From contig CBDCTH010000012.1 of NCBI GenBank assembly GCA_965222155.1, positions 3,080,441 through 3,144,440 on the forward strand: a stretch of 64,000 nucleotides of DNA, read 5' to 3'. This DNA is from Gammaproteobacteria bacterium. GTDB taxonomy: Bacteria; Pseudomonadota; Gammaproteobacteria; Eutrophobiales; Eutrophobiaceae. The notes beneath the pieces are model-generated. The model had not been told where the DNA came from and did not search any database. It saw nothing but the letters and a program-made list of their open reading frames with translations. Below, piece by piece: positions 17,862-27,853 of this stretch. Position 1 is the first letter of the stretch. Every line of letters starts with the position of its first letter. A program made the position numbers and the translations under genes.

Positions 17862-18944
17862 TTACTCGCCAAGAGCTGCTAGCAGGTCGGCCTGGTGTTC
17901 GTTGATCAACGGGTCGACAATCATATCCAGTCCACCCTGCATGATCTCCTCCAACCGGTACAGGGTCAGGCCGATTCTGTGATCAGTCACTCTTCCCTGC
18001 GGAAAGTTGTAGGTCCTGATGCGCTCCGAGCGGTCTCCCGAACCAATCAGGTTACGCCTGTTTTCGGCTATTTCCGATGCTTGTTTCGCTTTTTCGGCAG
18101 AGAGCAGTTTCGCCCGCAGCAAGGCCATGGCCCGGGCGCGGTTTTTGTGCTGGGAGCGTTCGTCCTGGCATTCCACCACAATGCCACTGGGCAGGTGGGT
18201 GATGCGTATGGCGGAGTCCGTCTTGTTGACATGCTGGCCGCCGGCCCCGGACGCGCGGAAGGTGTCTGTCCTGAGATCGCCCGGGTTGATTTCGATTTCG
18301 TTTATTTCATCAGCTTCGGGCAGGACGGCAACAGTACAGGCTGAGGTATGGATACGGCCCTGGGACTCCGTTTCCGGTACCCGTTGGACCCGGTGTGCGC
18401 CGGACTCGAACTTCAGTCTCGAATAGGCGCCGTTGCCAAGGATGCGCATGATAATTGCCTTGTAGCCCTCCAGGTCGCTTTCCGTGGTACTCAACAACTC
18501 GACTTCCCAGTTTGATTTCTCGGCATAGCGGGAATACATCCGCATTAAATCGGCCGAGAACAGAGCTGCTTCCTCCCCGCCCGTCCCTGCCCGGATTTCC
18601 AGGAAGATATTACTTTTATCCGCCGGGTCCGTGGGCAGCAACAGTTTTTGCAATTCCTGATCCAGTGCCTCCAGCCGTTGCCGGGAGATATCGATTTCCT
18701 CGGTGGCCAGTTCCCGGATGTCCTTATCGCTGTCCTTCAGCATAGCCCTGGCATTATCCTGTGCCAGCAGGGTTGACCGGTAGTTTTTGAAACAGTCGAC
18801 GATCGGGCTGATTTCTGCCGCTTCCTTGTTCAGGTCACGGTAACGATTTTGATCATTGATGACATCCGGAACGGACAGCAGCGCATAGATCTCCTCCTGG
18901 CGTTCACACAGCTTTTCCAGCTTTTGTCGCAGACTGTCCTTCAT
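17862..18944 (-). CDS. prfA: Peptide chain release factor 1
   Basis: 360 aa with [23 protein letters not shown] (GGQ motif) and a PET/tripeptide region. Confidence 0.97.
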   Translation of the reverse strand: MKDSLRQKLEKLCERQEEIYALLSVPDVINDQNRYRDLNKEAAEISPIVDCFKNYRSTLLAQDNARAMLKDSDKDIRELATEEIDISRQRLEALDQELQKLLLPTDPADKSNIFLEIRAGTGGEEAALFSADLMRMYSRYAEKSNWEVELLSTTESDLEGYKAIIMRILGNGAYSRLKFESGAHRVQRVPETESQGRIHTSACTVAVLPEADEINEIEINPGDLRTDTFRASGAGGQHVNKTDSAIRITHLPSGIVVECQDERSQHKNRARAMALLRAKLLSAEKAKQASEIAENRRNLIGSGDRSERIRTYNFPQGRVTDHRIGLTLYRLEEIMQGGLDMIVDPLINEHQADLLAALGE

Positions 18945-18978
18945 AAATCAAATCATTTCCAGGATGTGGAAATGCCTG

Positions 18979-20259
18979 TTACTCCTCGTCCCCGTTCTGC
19001 AAATCATCCGGCGGCAGGTTGTACAAATCCCGTACCACCCGCAGCATGGCCTGTTTTTGTGCTGCATCGAGCTTATGCAATTTGGCGCTTGGGGAGTGGA
19101 TCAATTTGTTGGTTAGCGTCCGGGTGGCCTCGTGAAGCAGGTCTTCGGGGGGCGCCCCCAGCCGTAATTTTTGCAGTGCCGACTCCAATACGTCTGCGCG
19201 AACTTCCTGTGCCTGGTTGCGCAGTGCCCGGATTGTCGCAACGGCATCCTGCGAATTAATCCAGGCCATGAACTGGGCAACCTCAGTGTCGATGATCTGT
19301 TCCGCCTGTCTTACCGCTTCCCGCCGGGTTTTTATATTGTCGTCGATAATACTTCTCAGGTCGTCCACGGTATACAGGTAAACGTCTTCCAGTTCACCCA
19401 CGTCGGGTTCCACGTCCCGCGGTACCGCAATGTCCAGGATAAACACGGGTTTGTGTTTACGTTGCAAAACAGCTGTCTCAATCATACTCCTGCTCAGCAG
19501 CGGCCGTCGGCTTGCAGTGGAGGAGATGACGATGTCTGCTTCGTCCAGGTGCCGGGGTAGTTCATCCAGCGTGATGGTGTATGCGGAATATTGCTGGGCC
19601 AGCTTCTGTGCTCTTTCCGGGGTACGGTTGGCAACAATCATTTTATGCAGGCCGTTGTCACGCAAGTGTTTTGCGGCGAGTTCTATGGTTTCGCCGGCGC
19701 CGATGAGCAATGCAGTCTGCCTGGACAGGTCACCAAATATCTGTCTGGCCAGACGCACTGCCGCGTAGGCGATTGACACCGGATGGTTCCCTATCGTGGT
19801 GTTGCTGCGTACGTCCTTGGCGACTTTGAACGAATGCTGGAACAGCCGGTTCAGCATTTTACCGATACTGCCTGCCTCTATGGCCGTCTGGTAAGCCCGT
19901 TTCAGTTGCCCCAGCACCTGAGGTTCTCCGACCACCATGGAGTCCAGCCCGCTGGCCACGCGCAACACGTGCTTGACCGCGCCGGCGCCGGGGTGAGTAT
20001 AGATGTAGCCGTGCAGTTCACTTTTGTTGCAACCGTGAAATCCGGAAAACCAGTCAATTGGTCGTTCCAGGTCTGCGGCGTTGAGGTTGCAGTAGATTTC
20101 GGTGCGGTTACAGGTGGACAGGATAGCCGCCTCATCGATGTCTGTGTCCCCGGTCAACTCGGTCAGGGCGTCAGACAACACGCCCTCGTCGAAGGTCACT
20201 TTTTCGCGTACCTCCAAGGGAGCAGTGGTATGGTTAAGACCAAAAGCCAGAAGCGCCAT
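18979..20259 (-). CDS. hemA: Glutamyl-tRNA reductase
   Basis: MALLAFGLNHTTAPLEVREKV...STCNRTEIY...; 426 aa. Confidence 0.95.
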   Translation of the reverse strand: MALLAFGLNHTTAPLEVREKVTFDEGVLSDALTELTGDTDIDEAAILSTCNRTEIYCNLNAADLERPIDWFSGFHGCNKSELHGYIYTHPGAGAVKHVLRVASGLDSMVVGEPQVLGQLKRAYQTAIEAGSIGKMLNRLFQHSFKVAKDVRSNTTIGNHPVSIAYAAVRLARQIFGDLSRQTALLIGAGETIELAAKHLRDNGLHKMIVANRTPERAQKLAQQYSAYTITLDELPRHLDEADIVISSTASRRPLLSRSMIETAVLQRKHKPVFILDIAVPRDVEPDVGELEDVYLYTVDDLRSIIDDNIKTRREAVRQAEQIIDTEVAQFMAWINSQDAVATIRALRNQAQEVRADVLESALQKLRLGAPPEDLLHEATRTLTNKLIHSPSAKLHKLDAAQKQAMLRVVRDLYNLPPDDLQNGDEE

Positions 20260-20355
20260 ATTATTAACTCGGATATTACGCCAGTTCGCTTGTCATTAAT
20301 GGAAAATTTAATGCTGTCAATAGGTTATTTACAGTGTATCACTTCTATCTTCGTT

Positions 20356-20510
20356 GCAAACTACGCTGGATGTGCCCTCGCTTGTCTTTTTTGCGCTGGC
20401 GGGCACGTGCTCCCTCAACCAGAATTACCACTATGCTTTCGGTCGCAGGCACCCGCCAGCGCAAAAAATCCTGCGCAATCATCGCATCCACTGGCGCAAT
20501 TTCCGAGTTT
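20356..20510 (+). repeat. ~155-bp dispersed structured repeat, copy 2
   Basis: Internal stem gcgctggcggg (20393-20403) pairs with cccgccagcgc (20452-20462). The element ends 49 nt before the TPR gene start. Confidence 0.9.
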
Positions 20511-20558
20511 ATAGTTTACCACGTTGTCGTATTTTCATTTCAGGATATAATCACGAAA

Positions 20559-22337
20559 ATGCGTAAAGAATCGGATATCAGGCCACTCGGCCACCTCGCA
20601 AGACTCGTGCTGCCGGTCGTTGTCACGCTTGTAATGGTGGCCTGTGCCCAAACTAACCTGAGTTCGATAGCGCCTGTTGAGCCCGAGACTATCCAGGAAG
20701 ATACCGGCAGGAATGCAAAGATCATCCGTGTTGAGCCGGTCCGCCCTAAGATCGCGTTAACCGAAGAGCTCCTCTATAAGTTGCTGATCGCCGAGATTGC
20801 AGGGCATAGGGGGTTGCTGGACATATCGATTCAGAATTACCTGGATCTGGCCCGTTCCACCAGAGACCACCGTATCGTTGAGCGGACCGCGCGCATCGCA
20901 GTTTACGCCCGTAACGATGCCGCCGCCCTGGCTGCAGCCCGGTTATGGGTGGAACTTGACCCGCGCAATCCCGATCCGCACCAGGTGCTGGCGGTCATGA
21001 AATTGCGCGCCGGTGACCTGGAACAGGCGGCGTTGCATTTGCAGGACATTTTTACTTATTCGGATGGAGAAGCGGATGAAAGGTTATGGATGATTGCCAA
21101 CCTGCTGGGAAGTGAAAATGACAAGGAAGCGGTATTGGACATTATGGAAAAACTGGTTATCTCCCAGAATAATTCTCCCGGCGCTCTGTATGCTTTTGCG
21201 CACGTCGCCGCCAAACTGGAAGACCTGGAGCGATCGCGGGAATTGCTTGAAGAGACACTCGCCCAGGCCCCGGACAATGATAACGCGGCGCTCAGCTATA
21301 TTTCCATACTGCAGCGCCTGGGCCGGGAACAGGAGGCATTGGCCTGGTTGGAACAGGAGTTGGCGCAACGCGAGGAGAACGACTTCAACCTGCGTATGGC
21401 TTATGCAAGACTATTGATGGAATTCAGGCAGTTCGACAAGGCGCTGGACCAATTTGAACTGCTGGCCGGACGGGAACCCGGGAATCCTGACGTGCTGTAT
21501 GCCCTGGGTCTGTTGTATCTGCAGAGCAATCGTCTGGATGATTCCGAGACGCTGTTCAAAAAATTATCGGAGCGGGAAGCCCTGACGGACGTCGCCAATT
21601 ATTACCTCGGGCGAATCGCGGAGGAAAAGCGGCGCTATGATGAAGCCTCTGCCTGGTATCAGGGCGTGCATAAAGGCGAACATTATTTTGATGCCCAGGT
21701 CAGGCTTGCCATGTTGCTGGCGAGGAAGGGAGAAGTGGAAGAGGCGCGCAACCACCTCAACTCCATACGGCAGCAGAGTGGACAACAAGCGCTGATCATT
21801 GTGCAGGCGGAAGGCGAATTGCTGATCCAGGCGCAACGTTATGAAGAAGCCATCGCGGTCTATACCAAAGCCCTGGGAGATCAATACGATGCCGACCTGT
21901 TGTACTCCCGGGCCATGGCGGCGGAAAAAATCGCCAGGCTGGATATGCTGGAAACGGACCTCAGGACAATACTCCGGCACGAACCGGACCACGCACAGGC
22001 AATGAATGCATTAGGATACACCCTTGCAGATGCCACCGACCGTCTCACCGAAGCCTATGAGTTGATCAAGAAAGCCTTGGAACTCCGCCCCTCGGATTTC
22101 TATATCCTGGACAGCATGGGCTGGGTCCTGTACCGGCTGGGACGGCTGGATGAGGCCGTTGAGTACCTGAGAAAGGCCTTGAACATAAGACAGGATCCGG
22201 AAATTGCCGCCCACCTGGGAGAGGTACTATGGGTCAGGGGTGAGCGGGAACAGGCAAAAGAGGTCTGGGAAGCGGCCTTGAAACAGACGCCCGAAGATAC
22301 CCGCCTGCTGGACGTGATTGAACATTTCAAGCCTTGA
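20559..22337 (+). CDS. TPR-repeat lipoprotein (conserved neighbour of lolB)
   Basis: Lipobox-like ...TLVMVACAQ followed by many TPR-like repeats. Its position upstream of lolB-ispE matches the arrangement in Pseudomonas-type genomes. Confidence 0.78.
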   Translation: MRKESDIRPLGHLARLVLPVVVTLVMVACAQTNLSSIAPVEPETIQEDTGRNAKIIRVEPVRPKIALTEELLYKLLIAEIAGHRGLLDISIQNYLDLARSTRDHRIVERTARIAVYARNDAAALAAARLWVELDPRNPDPHQVLAVMKLRAGDLEQAALHLQDIFTYSDGEADERLWMIANLLGSENDKEAVLDIMEKLVISQNNSPGALYAFAHVAAKLEDLERSRELLEETLAQAPDNDNAALSYISILQRLGREQEALAWLEQELAQREENDFNLRMAYARLLMEFRQFDKALDQFELLAGREPGNPDVLYALGLLYLQSNRLDDSETLFKKLSEREALTDVANYYLGRIAEEKRRYDEASAWYQGVHKGEHYFDAQVRLAMLLARKGEVEEARNHLNSIRQQSGQQALIIVQAEGELLIQAQRYEEAIAVYTKALGDQYDADLLYSRAMAAEKIARLDMLETDLRTILRHEPDHAQAMNALGYTLADATDRLTEAYELIKKALELRPSDFYILDSMGWVLYRLGRLDEAVEYLRKALNIRQDPEIAAHLGEVLWVRGEREQAKEVWEAALKQTPEDTRLLDVIEHFKP

Positions 22338-22446
22338 AGTTAAAACGACCGTGCCGGCCAGAATCCCCTGCCTGCCATTCCCGCGCAAGTTTACCCCTGT
22401 ATGCTTTGAACAGGGACGGGAATCCATGATGTGTCAAAGTCGCGCC

Positions 22447-22471
22447 GGGGACAGATTTCAAATCTGTCCCC
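22447..22471. repeat. 25-nt palindromic repeat, copy H1
   Basis: ggggacagatttcaaatctgtcccc, between the TPR gene and lolB. Confidence 0.9.
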
Positions 22472-22503
22472 TACTCTGTTTTCGGATTCCCGCGTGCGCG
22501 GGA

Positions 22504-23103
22504 ATGGCACTGTACCGCAGTCTCCCGGCATTTGTGTTGCTGGCTTTCACGCTGTCGGGTTGTGTCCAGGCGCCGGTTGAAAACAGGGTTAAACCCTCAT
22601 GGGAAACCCGCAGGGATGAATTAATGCGGCTGGAAACCTGGGATCTCAAAGGCAGGATAGCCGTGCGCACATATAATGATTCCGGATCAGGTTCCCTGTA
22701 TTGGGAACAGCGCAAGGATGACTATGACATCCGGGTGATAGCTTCATTCTCCGGCGGCGTCTATGAACTGTCCGGCGCCGCCGGCATTGTCTCATTACGC
22801 ACCCCGGACAAGAGTATGTTGCAGGCTGAGGATGCGGAAACCCTGCTGCGGCAGGCAGCGGGTTGGTATTTCCCGGTATCAGACCTGGTCTACTGGATAA
22901 GAGGGCTCCCGGCGCCGGCCTTGCAGGTTGACCGGATGCTGCTGGACGCTGAAAACAGGCTGAGCGCCCTGAGCCAGGGCGGCTGGTCGATACGTTACAA
23001 AAACTACACCGGGATTGACGGAACCAGTATGCCGGCGCGGCTTGACCTGGAAAACGATCAGGTGCGCGTGCGCCTGTCCATCAGGGAATGGAGCCTGCCC
23101 TGA
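22504..23103 (+). CDS. lolB: Outer-membrane lipoprotein LolB
   Basis: Lipobox LTLSGC, ~200 aa, and a position between the TPR gene and ispE. Confidence 0.82.
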   Translation: MALYRSLPAFVLLAFTLSGCVQAPVENRVKPSWETRRDELMRLETWDLKGRIAVRTYNDSGSGSLYWEQRKDDYDIRVIASFSGGVYELSGAAGIVSLRTPDKSMLQAEDAETLLRQAAGWYFPVSDLVYWIRGLPAPALQVDRMLLDAENRLSALSQGGWSIRYKNYTGIDGTSMPARLDLENDQVRVRLSIREWSLP

Positions 23104-23140
23104 TGGCGTCATCCGACCGCACACGGGTATACTCACCCGA

Positions 23141-24007
23141 ATGACATCACAACCCTGGCCGGCCCCGGCGAAAATAAACCATTTTTTACACGTCATCGGT
23201 CGCCGGGACGACGGTTACCACCTGTTACAGACCCTGTTCCAGTTTCTGGACCTGGCCGATGAGTTGCGGATTACCGTGAGCGCGGATGGCCGGATCAGGT
23301 GCCTGCGCAATTACCACCAGGTGGACGAGCAGGATGACCTGGTGGTCAAAGCGGCGAAATTGCTACAGGAGATCGGCGGCAGCGCCAGGGGTGCGCAAAT
23401 CCACGTGGATAAAAGAATCCCCATCGGCGGGGGACTGGGAGGCGGCAGTTCCGATGCCGCGACGACGCTGGTGGCCCTGAATTGCCTGTGGGAAACCGGC
23501 CTGACCATGGAACAACTCGCCGAAGCAGGATCGAGCCTCGGGGCTGACGTGCCGGTATTTGTACACGGCTTCGCTGCCTGGGGAGAGGGCGTGGGAGAGA
23601 TACTGGAACCCGTAGAACTGCCGGAAAACTGGTATTTCCTGATCTATCCCGATACCCCGGTTGTTACCGCGGACATATTCAGTGCGCCGGGGTTGATGCG
23701 CGCAACGCCCAGGGTCACGTTGCGCGACTTCCATCAGGGAAGCTGTCACAATGACTGCGAACCGGTAGTACGCCAGACCTGCCCCGAAGTGGCCGCCGCG
23801 CTGGACTGGCTCAACGCCCGCGCCGAAGCCCGGCTATCCGGCACGGGCGCAAGCATCTTTGCCGCGTTTCCGGAAAAGGAAGAAGCCGTAACACTCCTTG
23901 AACAACTACCGGCCAGATGGCAGGGGTTTGTCGCCATGGGGTGCAATCGCTCCCCGCTATCAGACAGGCTTGCCCGGGAGAACCAGGGCAGGATAAAAAC
24001 CGGCTAG
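23141..24007 (+). CDS. ispE: 4-diphosphocytidyl-2-C-methyl-D-erythritol kinase
   Basis: WPAPAKINHFLHVIGRRDDGYH and IPIGGGLGGGSSDAATTL (GHMP kinase motif). Confidence 0.92.
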   Translation: MTSQPWPAPAKINHFLHVIGRRDDGYHLLQTLFQFLDLADELRITVSADGRIRCLRNYHQVDEQDDLVVKAAKLLQEIGGSARGAQIHVDKRIPIGGGLGGGSSDAATTLVALNCLWETGLTMEQLAEAGSSLGADVPVFVHGFAAWGEGVGEILEPVELPENWYFLIYPDTPVVTADIFSAPGLMRATPRVTLRDFHQGSCHNDCEPVVRQTCPEVAAALDWLNARAEARLSGTGASIFAAFPEKEEAVTLLEQLPARWQGFVAMGCNRSPLSDRLARENQGRIKTG

Positions 24008-24026
24008 CGCCCGCCGTTCATGGTAG

Positions 24027-24452
24027 TTCACCAAGTCCCGTGCCCGGCACAGCAATGACACTGCCCTGGTGGAATGCAAGAACGGCCATGTCGTGCGTAA
24101 GCTCCTGGGCCATGCCCATATCCCGCAGCGCTGGGCCAGTCTGCTCAATGACTTTCACCGCCGGCACCTCAATCCGTACGTCAACGACCACCGGCCCTGC
24201 CTGTTCCCGGTCACGGTCACCGACCCGACCGGGAAACAACGAAAACGCTATCCCTACGCGTCCCTGATGACACCGTATGAGACACTCAAATCCCTCACCG
24301 ATACAAAGACGCACTTGAAACCGGGCGTACGCTTTGACAGACTGGACACCATCGCTTACCGGCTCCGCGACAACGCGGCCGCCGAGGCCTTGCAACAGTC
24401 GCGCCGGCAACGCTTTACCAGCATGTATGAACAGGCGCAGAAACGGGTTTGA
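24027..24452 (+). pseudogene. 3' fragment of an rve/DDE-type transposase (5' part deleted)
   Basis: The frame opens just after the ispE stop: FTKSRARHSNDTALVECKNGHVVRKLLGHAHIPQRWASLLNDFHRRHLNPYVNDHRPC...TPYETLKSL. This looks like the C-terminal region of integrase-core transposases, and no N-terminal or catalytic part is present. Confidence 0.55.
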
Positions 24453-24520
24453 GATGAGTCAGAATCACTCTCCCTTCAGGCTCAGTCCGAATTGGAAAAC
24501 ACTGGAAATGCAAGCCGAAA

Positions 24521-24620
24521 CAGCCGTTCCCGCTAACGCCCTCCCTGCCAGAGGAATATGCCTCCTTATGGTCAGAGTATGCCCGGGACTCCTGGGGGAC
24601 AGATTTAAATCTGTCCCCCC
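24521..24620. repeat. ~100-bp repeat element (contains palindrome H2 at 24594-24619); inverted partner at 33814-33914
   Basis: The outer 20 nt cagccgttcccgctaacgcc and the inner 34 nt gactcctgggggacagatttaaatctgtcccccc recur as a reverse complement at 33895-33914 and 33814-33847. Confidence 0.85.
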
Positions 24621-24665
24621 CAAAAGCTAACATGATAAAGCTTGTCCCGTACACCGATACGGGAC

Positions 24666-24759
24666 CGGACAGATTATGTGTTACAGATGCGGACAGTTTA
24701 TGTGTTGACAACAAACCAGGACAGTACAGTTGTGATGACGCCCGGAACAGATTATCATT
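24666..24759 (+). repeat. Four ~16-nt direct repeats spaced ~25 bp apart, upstream of the RTX gene
   Basis: cggacagattatgtgtt (24666-82), cggacagtttatgtgtt (24690-706), ggacagtacagttgtg (24719-34), ggaacagattatcatt (24744-59). They share GGACAGATT with the half-site of the 25-nt palindrome. Confidence 0.8.
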
Positions 24760-24827
24760 CCGTATCAACACAAGCACAACAGGGGGCGAACCCCGCTACC
24801 GTTGAGTATTGAACCGGGAGGCAATCT

Positions 24828-25157
24828 ATGAAGAGGATCAGTGACGCCGCTCAGACAGATCCCGAACACGGGGCATCCTGTTGTTGTGCCGGCTGTTTGG
24901 CAATAAATCTGGAAGAGCGAGGAGCCCAATCTCCAGACTCTCAAAGCGCCCGAGGTGCTCCAGCCCCTCAAAACGCCCCGGCCGCTGCGGAGCAGCTGCC
25001 CCAATGGGGCGTGCTCGCCTCGGACGCCTATGACGAGATCGCCGACTTCATGGGTAAGTCCGCTCGCTTTCCGATTGAGCCCGGCGGTGAGATCACGGTG
25101 AACCTCACCGATCTGACCGCTGGGCCCTGGCGGCCTGGGAGGCGGTGGCGAACCTGA
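24828..25157 (+). pseudogene. Segment 1 of a serralysin-like RTX giant gene (N-terminal region, frame 0)
   Basis: RBS gggagg lies upstream. The sequence ...FPIEPGGEITVNLTDLTA parallels FDVEPGGTLTADITALTPAGQQLARWALEVW of the paralog at 49111-53037. Homology then continues in another frame from ~25121. Confidence 0.7.
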
Positions 25158-27853
25158 CCTTTCGGGAAGTGGAAGACCACGCCAATATCAACTTCAAAGA
25201 TGGAGAAAGTGGTCACCCCACGATAACTAACCTCAAAAGAGAGAACGGGTTCGTCTCGCTCGACCTGCACTTTCCGATTGGATTCGTCAATAAGTCTGGC
25301 GACAGGCCCGGCGACTGGACGTTCATTGCTCACCTCCACGAGCTCGGCCATGCGTTGGGCTTGCCCCATGCCGGCCCCTACAATGGCTATCCTATTCCTA
25401 CGTACGGGCTCGATAACCGGTTTGCGGCAGACTCCTACCAGACGTCGGTCATGTCGTACTTCACTCAGACCAGAAACACCGGCATCGATGCGAGCAAGGC
25501 CTATCCGGTCACGCCGATGATGGCGGACATCCTGGCGATTCAGAAGCTGTATGGCGTCCCCGAGACCAACCCCGGGGATACCGTGTATGGCTACCAGTCC
25601 AACGTCGACGGCTACCTGGGGGAAGTCTTCGCGGCAATCACCGAGCAGGACGGTGAGCTTGATGGGCCGGTGGCACTGACGCTGTTCGACAGCGGCGGGG
25701 AGGACCGGCTGGACCTGCGCACGGATGAGACGGACCAGCGGGTGGACCTGCGCCCGGAAGGCGTCTCGGACGTGTACGGGCTGACGGGCAACTGGCTGAT
25801 AGCGCGGGGCACGGTGATTGAGAACCTGGTGGCCGGTCAGGGCGATGACCAGGTGATTGCGAATGCGGCGGTGAACGAGTTGGACGGTGGCCCGGGCAGT
25901 GACACGGTATCCTATGTGGGCTCGGATGCCGGGGTACGGGTGGACCTGGATGCGGGGACGGGTGTGGGCGGTCATGCTCAGGGCGACGCGCTCAGCAACT
26001 TTGAGCACGTGGTGGGCTCGGCACACGCTGACGAGTTGCGCGGCGATGAGCTGGCTAACCGGCTGGCGGGGGGCGCCGGCGACGATACGTTGTACGGCAA
26101 CGCGGGTGCTGACACGCTGGACGGGGGCGCGGGTAACGACCAGCTGTACGGTCACGAGGGCGACGACCATCTGCGCGGCGATGGTGGCGCTGACGTACTC
26201 GAAGGAGGCGCCGGGGCGGACACGCTGGAGGGCGGCAGTGGGGAGAACAGCGCAGCCTACCGGGGCTCGGACGTCGGGGTGGAGGTAAACCTGGACAGCG
26301 GAGTGGTGTCAGGCGGTCATGCTGCGGGCGACAGGCTCATCAGCATCCAGCACCTTATCGGCTCGGCCTATGCCGACACGCTGACGGGGGATGCGGACGC
26401 CAACCGGCTGGCGGGCGGGGCCGGGGATGACCGGCTGTACGGTAGCGCAGGGGACGATGTGCTGGTGGGCGGGGCCGGCGCCGACACGCTGGGCGGCGGC
26501 GCCGGGGCGGACTATCTGGATGGTGGTGGCGGCCCTGACCGGCTGGCCGGCGGCGCGGGGGATGACACACTGGAAGGGGGCCTGGGCAAGGACACACTGG
26601 ATGGCGGCGCGGGATATGATACTGCAACCTACGCAGGCTCTGCGGCGGGGGTACGGATTGACCTGAAGGCAGGCACGTTCCAGGGGGGTGATGCCGCCGG
26701 GGATGCGCTCACTGATATTGAGCGGATTGTCGGCTCGGCACAGGGCGATGTGCTGTGGGGAAGTGACGGGACAGACCACCTGGTCGGGGGCGCTGGGGAC
26801 GATGAGTTAGACGGTCGTCCGGGTGATGACACGCTGGCCGGCGGGGCCGGGGCGGACACATTGGACGGCGGCGCCGGGGACGACACGCTGCGCGGCGGTG
26901 ACGGGGACGATGTACTGGCCGGGGGCGCCGGCGATGATAAGGTGTACGGTGAAGACGGCGATGACCTGGTCAAAGGCGGTCCGGGGGCGGACACGCTGGC
27001 CGGGGCGGGTGGGGACGACACCTTGTCCTATGGGGACTCTGATGAGGGTGTGAAAGTGGATTTGTATTCTCATACGGCGTCAGGCGGTCATGCCGAGGGC
27101 GACGGAATTCGCGGCTTTCAGCATCTGGTGGGTTCGGCGCAGGCTGACGAGCTGCGGGGCGACTCTGGCGCCAACGAGTTGTGGGGGGGCGCCGGGGACG
27201 ATGAGTTGCGCGGCGAAGCTGGCGACGACACCCTCGACGGTGGCGAGGGTAAAGACCAGCTGTACGGTAACGACGGTAATGACCGACTGGACGGAGGCTT
27301 GAACAACGACCGGCTGTGGGGCGGCGATGGCAACGATCGGCTGGACGGAGGCTTGAACAACGACAAGCTGTGGGGCGACGGCGGCAACGATCGGCTGGAC
27401 GGGGGAGCAGGCTATGATCGACTGAAAGGAGGCCGCGGTGATGACACGCTCCATGGGGGCGCCGGTAACGATCAGCTCTACGGGGGCACCGGAGCGGACA
27501 CCGCGTCCTACACCGACTCGGACGCCGGCGTGCATGTGGACTTACACGCCGGGCGCGCCACGGGCGGTCATGCCCAGGGCGATAAACTGACGGACATTGA
27601 GAATCTGCGCGGTTCCGCGCATGACGATGGGCTGCGCGGGGACGGCGGCGCCAACCGGTTGTGGGGCGGTGCCGGGGATGACAAGCTGGTGGGGTGGTAC
27701 AGACACCCTGGAGGGAGGAGCCGGGGCGGACACCTTCGGATACGTCATGGGGGCGGACTCGAGCGTGGCCAACCCGGACCGGATTGTAGACTTCTCAGGG
27801 AGTGGCGGGGACGGCGACATGTTGAGCATACCTGGCAAGCGCTTTATCGGTAG
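25091..27853 (+). pseudogene. Segment 2: M10 (serralysin-type) zinc protease domain plus RTX nonapeptide blocks (frame 2)
   Basis: WALAAWEAVANLTFREV..., zinc motif HELGHALGLPH (25337-25369), Met-turn SVMSYF, then many GGxGxDxL repeats. Meaningful similarity ends at ~27694, and the remainder up to the stop is out-of-frame read-through. Confidence 0.75.

Noticed and set aside
25100-25150. Programmed ribosomal frameshifting as the explanation for the ORF1/ORF2 and ORF2/ORF3 joints
   Set aside because: There is no slippery heptamer and no obvious downstream stimulatory structure at either joint. Both joints coincide with missing residues relative to paralogous sequence, which fits deletions or assembly collapse better.
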